Source: Chiloscyllium plagiosum (Eukaryota). From it: DNA of 64,000 nt. The position numbers and the translations under genes were made by a program. The notes under the pieces were generated by a model. It was not told the origin of the DNA. It searched no databases and saw nothing but the letters and a program-made list of their open reading frames with translations. The stretch's first letter is position 1, and each line of letters starts with the position of its first letter. This document shows, piece by piece, positions 48,637 to 60,904 of this stretch. The stretch covers positions 44,625,921 to 44,689,920 of the forward strand of contig NC_057719.1 of the NCBI RefSeq assembly GCF_004010195.1, read 5' to 3'.

Positions 48637-49429
48637 TCTGGAAGCACAGGTTTGCAATGTAGGGTGCAGCAGTAATTAGTATTGGAAAGCTGCACTTTGG
48701 GGACAGGCACAGGTGTCCAGCTTGTAAACTGGACTAAGCTGCATCTCAGGGCTGATCTCTTACTTAATGCCTACCTGCATACTCATAGCATCTCTACCTC
48801 ATTATGTAGTGCCAGTTTATGAAGTTACAGAACCAGGCAGCTAAGCTTACTGGTCAGCAGTCCTCAGTCTAGGGAATGCGCATCTTGCTTTATGACAGTG
48901 TGCTACATCAATCTCCCAAGTATCTGCGCAAAGAGGCAGCAGCTTACCAAACACACAGCATATTCTGCAACCATGCAGCAATCTCTTCGAAGGTTAGTCC
49001 TTAACGAAGTGCACGGAGGCACCCTTCAATCGGGGGTCCTGACACAGTAAATCAAGGGTACCCTCTGATACATATATCCAGGGAGTGTGTCAGGCAGCCA
49101 GTCAGAGGGTCTGTGCCTCTGCAGTCTAGAAAGTAGATCATGGCAAGTCGTTTGCCTCTGTAACAACCTGTTTGGGAAATAGGGTAGTTGGGGAAATAAG
49201 CATTCATCAGTCAGATATCTGAGCACATTTCGCTCAGGACTGTCCAATTATGTTGATCAGCTTTGGTGTTGGGTCAAAGTCAGTTAATTGGGTTCATCCA
49301 CAGAAATTAAAGGATAGCGTGTTGTGAATTAGACTGACAGTAGGGTTAACATGGGACCTGGAGTAGAATGGAGAATGATATTTACTCGGTTGGCGGGACA
49401 TGGATGTCTCAGCACTCTCACAGGACTTG

Positions 49430-50035
49430 TCTCCTGTGATGGCCTGGATTCTCTCCTCATAAGGGTGAAGACATAGATCCTGGGTACTTCTCCACCTGCC
49501 TTTGCTCTCTCTGTTATGGGCTGCCTTCTCCTGTAATGGGAAAAGTTGGGCACGGGGGAGGGTGAAATGAATGAGATTGTACTGGGTGCATGGCTGCTAG
49601 TGTCGGTTCATGCGGGAGAAAGGTGATAAAGTCTAACAAAGTACTGAGAAGGCAGGACAGAAGGCACACAGCTTTAGTGATGTGGGATGTTTGTTGGGAT
49701 GGTGGAAAACAAAAGAAAGTGAGGGAAAATGTTGCATGAAATAATAAGTGTGGTGAGCATATTCTTTGGTGTTAGCAAAGAGGGATTGAGTGTGAGGTAG
49801 CAGAGAGATAGATGCGTCACTTACACTTGTATAACAGAGAAGGTCAATGACTTTCTTTCTATGCTGAAAGCTGTTCCTCCCCAATGGCACTGACCTGGCG
49901 GTGACCTCAAGCTGGCAATGTCTGGTGTCATGCCGTGCTCTGCCAGTTCCCTGGCAAAAGAATGTCCACCCTGTACACCAGGGCCGTCAGGGCCCTATCA
50001 GAGACTCGCATTGTCATGTTCCAATTCTCTGACAT
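49430..50035 (-). pseudogene. Harbinger-type Myb/SANT DNA-binding protein relic, two exons
   Basis: RVSDRALTALV...QHRKKVIDLL, then a GT-AG intron (49824-49531), then EKAAHN/RERAKAGGEVPRI. Contains stops and frameshifts. Confidence 0.6.
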
Positions 50036-51512
50036 GTTGAGACTCTACTTGCCAATGAGCCGGCCAGCTTTGGAATGCCAGTGCTTGTCAGGGTGTGCAG
50101 TGGCCTTGTCAAGATGGTGCAGCTGCAAGGGATGCCAGTCTTTGGGCAGATATCTACTGAGTGATGGGCTCTTACTGGGATGGTGCAAGGTGGGGCAAAA
50201 ATTGAGTGTGCAAGAAGTCGTAGAGGTGTGATTGTTGATTACTGTGGTGAGTTTCATAAAATGGACTGAGAAATCTTGCTAGGCGCTGTGGCAAAAAAAC
50301 TCCTCCAAATGCAACTTGGTCTTAGGCAAACAAAACATAAGATTCAGGGTTAAATGAAATTGGGAATAGTGAATATGGAAGTGAAACTTTATTGTACTTC
50401 AGTTTGGGATTTTTCAGGTGAAAGTAATTATGTATAACATAAAATACGCACAATGTTATATTTTATAAAAGCAAAACATTGTGCATGCTGTCAAACTAAA
50501 ATAAAAAAAAGCAGAACGTGCTGGAGAAAGTCAAAACATTCTGAAACGGAATCTTATTGGATTCAAAACGTTAATTCTGTTTTTCTTTCCACAGGTGCTG
50601 GCAGAACCGCTGAGTTTGTCTAGCACCGTCTGTTTCACTGTTTTATTTTCAAATTGATTTCAATTAATCGAACAGCTGGCAAAGACGTTTGCCACCAATG
50701 GAGAAGTTGAGGGGGGAGCGGGGGAAGGATGGTGGAGGAGTCCAGAAGTTAGCTGTTTGCAATTTCACGATATGTTTGTTCCCAGTTGAAATGCGGAATG
50801 GAATCTGTGTCTTTTTAATCCCTTAATTCAGCTTTCACCTTGTTAATCCTTTACACCTCTGTCGACTATAATTTTGTATTTGTTATTGCTACAAAAGCCA
50901 CTGTTCTGTAATAACTTAGAATTCAAATCTCTATCGTGGTCAAAGAGGTTTCCATTCTAAAGTGCTTAACCTAAACAGACTGTGGTTGATAAGATACAGG
51001 TCAGGGAATGTTTTGCAGGTCTGGTTTGTTCCAGTTACATGGGTATACATTGTATCTGGTTAACTGTTTATTTTGATCTGGTTTATAGGTAATGTTAGAA
51101 TGGATCTGCTGCCACCCATTAAGAACTTCAAAGATAGAGGTTAACTCCAACATTTGGTGATAAAGTAAATCATTGTTGGCTGAGGAAAGGCACTTTCACT
51201 ACAACAAGATGTGTTTATTTCATTGATCTGTATTCATTGAATGTAATCATTTACAGTGCCAGAGCGACTTAAGTCTTGTACATCTGACACTTGTACAGTT
51301 CCCAAAGCTTTAATATAATATTAGTGGCCTGTTTGGTCAGAGACATTGAATTGTATGTTTATTCATGCTTGGGTGCAGCCTTGCCAATGGACCATTTTCC
51401 ATCAACTAAACATAATAATATTTATGATATACAAAGTGTTTGCTTGATGATTTATCTTTGTGGTGATGATTTGGATGATGGTTTCTGAAAAGGTTATCAT
51501 TCACCTAGCTAC

Positions 51513-52970
51513 CAGTCATGGCGCAGTGGGAGTACTTTTGACTCTAAGACTTGTACTTCAAGTCCCGGTTCAAGGACTCGGGCTGAATCTTACTTTTTTT
51601 GAGTAATTGTGAGTTGTGTCGCTTTATTTTGGAAGGAGCAAAGTTTTTCACCACATCTTATCAAACTCGCCTCTTTATTTGTCCCATGGCGCCCATCTCG
51701 TCCAATTCTAGCCCCAATTTACCATGTGATGTTGCCGGAACAACTTGGTACTGTTGCAATATCCAGAATTGCCTTGCATCCCTGCTTCTGGCTCCATTTT
51801 TAAAAGGCTGTTGCACATCCAGACAAGGACTGTCAGTCCTGACATGCCTCATCCAGTTCCTGACATTCACCCTGGCAAGGAAGAGAAACTGGTGCTTTGC
51901 GGGCAGGGTCTTAGATGGATGGGGCATTGCACTGCTGGGACATCCTCTTGCCTCAGCAGACAAGGTGTTGACACTAGACCATGTCAGCCTGGTCGAAGCT
52001 TGCCACCCCAGCTAAAGAAGTCTCAGCTGTCTGGATGAATGCATAGCACTGTCGGATGTAGCTCAATCATCTTCTTCACTCTACCAACAGAAGTGCCACC
52101 ATCTTCTCTCTGATACATCACACTCACTCTATCTCTGCTTTTGTATCCATCTACCATCAGCACTCTTGCTCTATCACTCTCATTACTGTCCGCAATGGGG
52201 CAGGAAGAGTCAAGATGGGTGGGGGACTGCCTGACATTCAGATCCTTACCCCTTCTGAACAGAGATTCCTGACTCTGGCCACCCTGAGCTGACCTTGTTC
52301 AAGCCGTTGGATTGGTGTTAGATTCCCCCCTTGACTTACTATGCTGGGAACCCTGATCAAAGGCTTTCTCCCTTACCTTGACTGAGCACTGCTAGCAACC
52401 ATGACAAGATTCCTGGCTTTGTGCCTGTGCTAAACAACATGGCAATACAGCAATTCTGGCTGAGGAGAAAAAATGCAAAAAGACAAGGCAATGCAGGGAC
52501 TCTGAGAGCTCCAGTTAGGCTCTAAGTGATTGAGAGCAAGACAACAAATGGCTCAGAAATGTGCCATGACAGTTCCTAGAGGCTGAATGTGTTGGTTGTA
52601 ATTGTCCACATATGTGCATCTGGCCAGTATCCACGTTGTTGTTGTTGTTGCCCAGTGTCCAACATGGAAGTCCTTTTGGAGAAGACATCATATTGAAGGG
52701 CTATTTCCACATCTCAGGTGGATGTGAAGATGATGTAGCACCATTTCAAAAGGGGCAGAATGGTATCCCACTGTCATTACTAATATTTAGTCGCTAACAA
52801 ATATGATAAAGTATATTATCTCATCATCTTACTATTCATGAAAGCATGCTATGCACAAATTGGGCATTGCATTTTCTACATCACTGAACAAACTTAAAAG
52901 AAAAACCTTCATTGGCTATAAAGTTTTTTCAGATGTCATGGAAGACACTATATGCATGCAAAACTTGTTT
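51513..52970 (+). mobile_element. Deu-domain SINE split by a Harbinger fragment
   Basis: tRNA-like head at 51513-51579 (tggcgcagtggg...ttcaagtccc). Deu domain and tail resume near 52700 (ctcaggtggatgtgaagat...ttcattggctataaag). Confidence 0.55.
51580..52690 (+). mobile_element. PIF/Harbinger-type fragment with Myb/SANT relic
   Basis: Starts gggctgaatctta. Encodes AWSKLA...VSAVWMNA*HCRM*LNHLLHS and RVKMGGGLPDIQILTPSEQRFL. Confidence 0.6.
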
Positions 52971-55900
52971 TACTTATAATTTGAGGGGAAATTATTTATT
53001 ATTGTTTTTAAATTGTACACATAGTCTACAGTTTAGCAACATTGCAGTCAAAGTTTTCATTTTGCATTTGTCAACCAACCCTTAAAGAGAACAACTACTT
53101 TACTGATTGAGTGGCAATTGAAAATAAAAAAATAAAAAAATAAGAAGAAAACGCAAGCATGTTCTACTAATAAAGATTTGTCAGTGGCTGTGCAATTCTC
53201 TATTGGAGAATTACTGAAGTTTAGTCAAAAACAGGTATTAAAAAATGAAATCTGAGACATATATTTATTGTTGACCATTTTGTTGGTCTAATTTTTTTGT
53301 GACTTTTCTTTTAATTCTCAGTTCATAAATATGCCTTAATTGGAAATCTGTCACAACTTTGTGTATCTACATGCTATTGTTTGTTCTTGTCACTTAGAAT
53401 AGATACAACTGTTTGCGTCTCCTTGGAAATAAGCAGCATAATACTTCACAAATTTGCAATGGTAATTGCATCAAAGACAGTGGATGTGATCCACAGGGAG
53501 CTTCCTGCGCCTTTTTTTTAATGTCTCTCTGATGGGAAATAACATTGTAACTAAAGCCAATTTATGTCTATTGTGGCATTTCCAGTTTTAAATTGATGAT
53601 AACCTAGCAAAATTATTTGAAGTCTCTAAAAATAACTTGTGACACATTTGTCTTGTGTTTAATCTACAAGATATACTGCAGCAACTCTCCAAGGATTTAT
53701 GAACAGCATGTCCCAAACCTGGAATCTCTATCATCAAGAGAGACAAGGACAGAGTGTCTATGGGAAGATCAGCCCCCACACTCCACCCCTCACCCCCGCC
53801 ATATCAAATTATCTGAGTCATACACAAAATTCTTTGGAAATGTATCACCATTCCTTTGTCAAAATGCCATCATAGCCCAACAGGAATGCGAGAGTAACTT
53901 CACTACCCGACTGAAAAGATCCAAGAAATCAGCTGACCAAGCATCATTTGACAGTTAGGGATGACAACTTTGTTAATGACACTATTGTCCCAAGAATGAA
54001 AAAAATATGTCTTTAAGATGAGTTGTGATTAAAAACAGCTCTAGGAACATTCTGTACTTGGTCAGGAAATCAGTAATGAATCAACAATGATTTCAGCCTG
54101 TGATTGCTTTCGCTTGTATCCATTGAGAAATTACTGTTGCTGCCTTTATTGAGAAAAAAAAATATTATAGCAGAATAAAGGAGCTATCAGAAACAGGTGG
54201 GGGGAAAACTGTAAAGCACAGTGAGAGAGCAGAACCTTTATAAATAGAGAAGAAATTACTGCAAGTGGAGACAGAATAGCGAAGCACTGTGGGAGAAAGC
54301 AGAGTTAGCGAGGGGGGTGGTTATGTTGAGAAAGGATGTCACAGGATTCAGAGACACATGAGTTGAATACACTGGAATGCTTTTAAATTTCATTATAACT
54401 TATTTAAATTTTACTATACAGTATTCTCTAAAGTAAAGTTATTATCAGTTAAGCTAAAAATAAATCCAACTTGACAGTTCAACGAATCAGTGTTCAATAA
54501 TTTAACCAGTCTAACGATAAAGTTAAAATTAATTTAATCTTAGGTTTGGGATCCTGCTCTTGAAATACTGCTTTCCTCAGAGAACTTGGTGCATTGGAAG
54601 TGACGTGGGAAGATAATGTTGTGGCCACTGGTGGAGACCTGGCTTCGAAAATGACATGACAGCAATAAAGAAATCAGAGGACTGATGGCAGTGTAATTGA
54701 GAAGAGTAATGCAGCACTGGAAAGAAGGGTGCTCCAGAGGGAACAATAAAAGGAATCTGTTTGATTAGAGCTAAGAAACAGTGGGTAAAGCATTGCGCTC
54801 AATAGACCACTAACTAATGGGAATGATATACCAGAACAAACTTGCAAGGAAATTATAGAGTTGCAAAAACTATTGAGTAGAGGTAATTGAGAAGGAAATA
54901 TTGCTGGATTTGATGTTATATTTATGAGGTTTATAAGATTTTTTGGACCTGTGCATGTAAATTTAGGGCAAATTAATAGGGTCAGGTAACATATTTTGAA
55001 GTCTGTCTGACAATAAGTCTAGGTGCTCGATTTTTGAAGATCCATCTCAGTCTTAATGGTAGGTCATCAACCTAAAGTATTAACTCTGTTTTTCTCCACA
55101 GATGCTGCATGACCTGCTGAGTTCTTTTCCCAGCATTTTGTGTTCTTGTTTCAGATTTCCAGCAGCTGTAGTAATTTTGTTTTGTACAGGAAAGGTGTGA
55201 ATTGTTTTATTGAGAAGAAGGTGCAAGATGTTTACACTTGGAGCCAATGATAGCAGACTCTGACCTTACAATGCAAGGACGGTGTTTCCAAAGTGCCAGA
55301 AAGATTCTGAGAACATCAAGTTGTAAACAGTTGTGCTTTGAACTGTCCAGTTACTCCTAAGATTAAAAGGAGTTTCTGGTGAAGAACTGCTAATTATTGT
55401 TTCTATCTAGATACAAGACGAATGTGCTTCATCTTGCCATAGGGATGAGAATGGAGGAAGCCATTTTTGAAATCAGTATATAGGCTTCCTTACAAATAAA
55501 TAAATATAGTGGATTGACAGCAGAGGTTCCATAAAGCTCAGCAGGGAGAAAAGGCTGCTTGACTTTGCGAGCTACCAGAGCTGGATGCAGGAGGGAAATG
55601 CTCTCTAGGCCAAGAGATCATTTTATGATCCAAACTGATATTAACATTGGACTAATCAGATTCCATATTGAAGCTCCAATTTACAGACACTAATTTTGCA
55701 TTTGTTTTAACTGTGGAGGTAAATTACTGAACACAGTTGCCCAGATCTGTGCTTTTCCATGGTCCAATTGAATGCACAGCAAATGCAGGAAAATAGACCA
55801 AAGACTTTCTAGGTTCTGCAAGGCTAGGTGCTACCATTTTCTCTCTGCTACATCACCCTCTAACTCTGCCATTGCACACAATCCTGAGCAACATTCATGA

Positions 55901-56845
55901 ACTACAAACTTCGGAGTTGCATGCAGCAACTCTACTCAGCACCTCTTCTCCGCCTCATCCTCTACAACTACTAAACCTTCCTGCCCTCTGGCTAAAAACG
56001 TTATGCATTCCAGAACAGTTGGCAGACTCCAAGTAAGTGCAAAGTGAGTGAGCTCTAAAAAAAGGACGCTTTTTAAAGTGCCATAAGATGCATCCATACG
56101 TGAGCTGGCTGTGTGTCCGTGTGCGCAAAGTGACCTGGCAGGAGCATGCATGTCAAATGTATCACTGAGTTCCAAAAGGAAGTTGAGAAGGGCTGAGGTA
56201 GATTCTGAGTTGCTCCAAGATCAGCCAAAGCAATGTGGGGAGGCAAATGGTTTTCCGGTTTCGTAAATGAAAAGTGAGGAGGACACTCTCTAGGGAGCAT
56301 TCCAGGACATGTTGGTGAAGGGCGATTATGATGAGCGATGTGTGCCAGGCATTTCTGGGAATGATCACATCTGGTTTCTGAGAAGATGAGGACAGAATTG
56401 CAAGCTGCATGTAAAATGAGGTGAGTCGGGGTATTAATGTGATGCCAACGCAGAAAAATAAAATAGTTGCTGCTTATCAGTGACATTCTGATCTCACCAT
56501 TGAGATTTTCAAGGGAAAATTGAAAATTCTTTTCTTGATGTGGAGAATCACATTTTTAAAATTCTCATTGCATTTTCACACCTTTCTCACTGTTGCCCAC
56601 ATCACATAAGACATGGGAAAATTCAGCCCCCATTTTCTAACAGGATTCCTTACTAGACAGTTTAACACTTCAGCCTTCATTTTCTGGCATGCCCACATAC
56701 AGGCTGACTACCTCCTTTTTAGATTTGTCTGACTCTCTGAGTCCCTGTTGCTAGGCAACAGCACAGAGCTTTTCTCTATCTGTTTTTCTGCATTAACCCC
56801 CATCTCTTGCATTCAAGGGTTATTGAGCCTCATTGAAAATGTATA

Positions 56846-57113
56846 AAGAACAAAGAAAATTTACAGCCCAGGAACAGGCCCTTCGGCCCTCCAAGCCTGA
56901 GCCGATCCAAATCTACTGTCTAAACCTGTCGTCCATTTCCTAAGCATCTCTATCCCTCTCCTCCCCACCTACTCATGCATCTGTCCTGACGCATCTCAAA
57001 TCAATCTACCGTGCCTGCTCTACTACCTCAGCTAGCAACACGTTCCAGGCACCTAGCACTTGCCGTGTGTATGCCCCTTAAACTTTTCACCTCTCACCTT
57101 GAAAGCATGACCC
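56846..57113 (-). mobile_element. CR1 3' fragment
   Basis: Close match to 2603-2875. Confidence 0.9.
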
Positions 57114-57645
57114 TGTATGAAAACATACAGTTCATCAAACATCTCAGCAACTGAAATGAAACTAAAGTCAACAACACCCAAAATGCAAAACATAAGTTAA
57201 GTTATACATTGCTCCTAACAATATATCCTGCCACCTTCTACAGGTTTCAGGCAATCTGTTCTGGTATAGCTAGGGGAAATGTCAAAACCTTTACTGCAAA
57301 TGATGGTGATTTTATGAAACTCTCCAAAAACTGAGCAAACTACCAGGAGACCATCATTTGAAGCTACTATTCAGTAAAAATGGGATATGGGATTCCATTG
57401 GTATCTGGGAACAGCTGTGAACTGTTTGCGAAAGGCACTGTACTTCCATGGAGAGTGTGATTGGTGATTTATACAAGAAGACTGTTCCAATCTCAAAGCT
57501 TACAGGTGGACATGGGTTCATAACATTGGTTATGGGTAATGAGGTAGGTCAAATGAAGCAAGTGTCAGTTTAAGGTTTAGATGACAGTGATCACAGTATC
57601 AAAGGCTTAATTTCACTGTGGAAAAGAATGAGGAACAATCCAAAG

Positions 57646-57870
57646 AAGAAAGTGAGGTCTGCAGATGCTGGAGATCAGAGCTGAAAATGTGTTGCTGGAA
57701 AAGCGCAGCAGGTCAGGCAGCATCCAGGGAACAGGAGAATCGACGTTTCGGGCATAAGCCCTTCTTCAGGAATGAGCCATTCCTGAAGAAGGGCTTATGC
57801 CCGAAACGTCGATTCTCCTGTTCCCTGGATGCTGCCTGACCTGCTGCGCTTTTCCAGCAACACATTTTCA
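57646..57870. mobile_element. Fold-back Penelope-derived element with perfect 94-bp arms
   Basis: 57681-57774 is the exact reverse complement of 57778-57871; TSD gaacaatccaaag at 57633-57645 and 57871-57883. Confidence 0.92.
57779..57814 (+). ncRNA. Minimal hammerhead ribozyme motif (mirrored on the minus strand at 57738-57773)
   Basis: auuc-CUGAAGA-a-GGGC(uuau)GCCC-GAAA-CGUC-gauu. Stem I is weak; activity untested. Confidence 0.55.
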
Positions 57871-58551
57871 GAACAATCCAAAGCAAAGTAAAAGGAATTG
57901 AAGGAACATCAATTTCAATGAGGTGAGAACAAAGAACATGGACTAGTAACAAAGATTGTCGAGCAAAACTTAGTTGAACAAAGGGCTGCCTTCGAAAAGG
58001 AAATTGTTTGGTACAGTCAAGGTACATTCACACAGCAAGAATAATAGGATACGCAAATTTGCAGTACTGTGGATGATGAAAGATCCAGAGGGTGAGATTA
58101 AAAGCAAAATGGGTGTATATGATGCAAATGTGAACAAACTCGTATGCAGAAAGGTCAAGGAGGAGGAAAAATGGAATGAGAAGCAAAAGCTGGTACTGGA
58201 GTAGACTGGCAGAAGAGTGTCCAAAAGACTTCTATAGACTTATGAATAGTGAAAAAAACAGGTATAGGGAGGAATAAAACTGATTAGAGACCAAAAACGG
58301 TATTTATGCATAGTGTCAAAGAGTGAGAGAGAGGCGGGAAGTCACAAGGTTAGGGAGTGGTGGAGAAATGGGGAGGTTGAATGATTTGGGCAGCTGATGA
58401 TGCAATAAACTGGAGGGTTGGAATATAGGAGATGTGGTGAGCTGGAGGGTCAGGTAATGGGAGAGATAGTGAGCCAGTCAGGTAATGGGTAAAGCAGTGA
58501 GGTAGGAGGCCAGGGAATGGGCGAGGTGTTGACCTGTAGGGTTGGTGAGTG

Positions 58552-58850
58552 GGAGAGATAGTGAACATGAATGTTTTGGGACTTGGAGAGATGGTGAACT
58601 GGATGTTTGGGGATTTGGAGAGATGATGAACTGGAAGTTTGGGGAGTTGGAGAGATAGTGAACTGGATGTTTGGGGAATTGGAGAGATGGTGAACTGGAT
58701 GTTTGGGGAATTGGAGAGATGGTGAACTGGATGTTTGGGGAATTGGAGAGATGGTGAACTGGATATTTGGGGAGTTAGAGAGATGGTGAACTGAAAGTTT
58801 GGGGAGTGGAAGAGACGGTGAACTGGATGTTTGGGGAGTGGGACAGGCAG
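58552..58850. repeat. 32-bp minisatellite, about 9 units, with degenerate flanks (about 58330-59070)
   Basis: Unit ggagagatggtgaactggatgtttggggaatt at 58585, 58617, 58649, 58681, 58713, 58745, 58777 and 58809. Confidence 0.92.
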
Positions 58851-59634
58851 TGAGCTAATGCGTCAGGGAATTGGTAAGATGTGAGTTTATGAAGTGGGAG
58901 AGACAAGGAGCTGAAAGTTTTGTGAGTAGGAGGGGAAGGCAGTTGGAGAAACAGGGAGTCAGAAGGTTGACGAATAGATAAGATAGTGAGTCAGAGATTT
59001 GGACTGGAGGAGAGCTGAATGGTTGGGGAGTGAAAGAGGTGCTGAGCTGAAGAGGCGGTTAGCTGGAGGTAGGCCAGAAAGTCATTTTTTATATATACAC
59101 AAATTATTGAGAGTTGTGTTGTGGTTAATGAACGTGGTTAAAAACGAAGCATATAACATTCTCGGTCTTGAAAAGTGTACAGAAAAGATTTATGAGAAAT
59201 ATTCCAGGAATGAGGGACTTTTAGATAGGAGAGCTGGGGCTGTTTTTTCCTGAGAAAAGAGGGTTAATACAGGTATTTAAAATCAGGAGGGTACTCTCCA
59301 GAGTAACAAGTATGACGTGATTATGAAGAGATATGATATGAAAGTGACCAGGGTTTGGAACTGAATATTCAAGGGTATTCAACATTTAGGAAGGATGAAC
59401 AAAAAGGGAAAAGGAAGTGAAAAAAAGTGAAGTGAAGCATTGTTAATAAAGGATGAACTCAGTGCAATAGTGAGAAAGGCAATTGCCTCAGAAAGTCTAG
59501 ATATAGGATCAGTCTGAATGAAGAAATAAAAGGTGGTGGAAAACATTAGTGAGTGCAACCTATAGACTTCCAAACAGTAGTGGTAATATAGGGATGGCAT
59601 TAAATAGGAATTAGAGATTCATGCAGCCAGAATC

Positions 59635-60010
59635 CTTTTCTTCATTCACATAATGCAGGCATCAATAGCTAGATCAGCATTTATTGTGTATCCTTATTTT
59701 CCCAGAGGGCAGTTAAGAGTCAACCACACTGCTGTGTGTCTGGAGTCACATGTAGGCCATAAGAATGGCAAACCTGTTGGACTATAACCTGGTGTTGTAT
59801 GATTTTTAACTTTGTCCACACCGGTCCAACACTAGCACCTCTACATCATGGCGATCATTTCAAGGTCATCAGTAGACTCAACTCTTGATTGTTAATGAAC
59901 TCAAACTCCACCATCTGCCATGGTGGGATTTGAACCCAGGTACCCAGAACATCATGTAGACCTCTGGATTAATACACTAGTGATAATAGAGTGAGGCCAT
60001 CATCTCCCCT
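59635..60010 (-). mobile_element. Old tRNA-derived SINE containing a short insert (59770-59847)
   Basis: B-box gggttcaaatccc on the minus strand and the tail of the old LINE family. The insert is flanked by atggc on both sides. Confidence 0.55.
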
Positions 60011-60014
60011 GGGA

Positions 60015-60900
60015 ATTGGTGGGAATAAACTGACATGGATTCAGAACTGATTAGCAGATAAGAAACAATTGGAATAAACTGATCTTTTACAGGGTGGAAG
60101 GCAATGATGAGGGGTGCATCAGATGGATCAGAACTTAGGCCTTCACAAAATACATCAACAGTTTGGATGAGGGCATGAAAGCAATATTTCCAAGTTTGCA
60201 TGCAACAGAACTAAGTGGAATTATGAGCGTTGAGGAGAAATTTAAGAGGCTTCAAGGTGATTTTGACAAGTTGAGTGAGTGGGAAAACGTCTAGCAGATG
60301 CAGTGTAATATGAATAAGTATGAAGCAATCCACTTCAGGAGGAAACGCAGAATGCTAGAACTATTATTCAAACTGGGATAGATTCAGAAATGTTAATGCA
60401 CAAAATAACCTGCGTGTCCTTGCACACCAGTTACTGAAAGCAAACATGTACATGCAGCAAGCAGTGAGGATGGGAAATGCTATGTTAGCCTTCTTTGCAA
60501 GGGGATTTGAGCACAGGCATGAAACTGTCCTACTTGGTGAGACCACACCTGGAGTATTAAATTCAGTCTCGGTTTCCTTACCTAAGAAAACACTTACTTG
60601 CAGTTAAGGGAATGCAGCAAAGGTTCACTAGACTTATTCCCGGATAGCAGGTCTGTTGTATATGGAGAGTTCAGGTTGACTAGACCGGAAATTTAGAAAT
60701 ATTAAATTGGATTGCATTGAAACGCATAAAATCCTGACTGAATGCAGGGTTAATGTTTCCCTTGCTGGGGGTATCCAGAACAAGAAAATCTGGTCTCCAG
60801 ATGGAGGGTAGACCATTTAGAATTGAAATGAGAAGAAATTTCTTCTCTCAGAGAGTAGTGAACCTGTAAAATTCTCTTCCATAGAATGCTGTAGAGGTCA
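60015..60900 (+). mobile_element. Old CR1 RT fragment
   Basis: Decayed ISKFA, LVRPHLEY, FFSQRVVNL. Confidence 0.7.
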
Positions 60901-60904
60901 CCTC

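Larger units (their letters stand above)
47650..50350 (-). mobile_element. Decayed PIF/Harbinger-type DNA transposon
   Basis: Myb/SANT-like relic on the minus strand. Weak transposase-like NQGYPL near 49050 on the plus strand. End taagattcagg resembles the reverse complement of ggctgaatctta at 51581. Left boundary uncertain. Confidence 0.55.
57480..58320 (+). mobile_element. Old CR1 ORF2 fragment (endonuclease/linker), interrupted
   Basis: LVMGNEVGQ...DSDHSI, then linker ...PKDFYRLMNSEK. Confidence 0.6.

Noticed and set aside
55750..56630. Possible Harbinger transposase 5' region ending in aaaattcagccc
   Set aside because: The terminus is suggestive, but I could not reconstruct a convincing peptide or pair it with another end.
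57618..58027. ORFs on both strands sharing MCCWKSAAGQAAS...
   Set aside because: A by-product of the DNA palindrome, not a protein family.
58552..58850. 32-bp periodic array as CRISPR
   Set aside because: Units are contiguous with no unique spacers, there are no cas genes, and the context is vertebrate.
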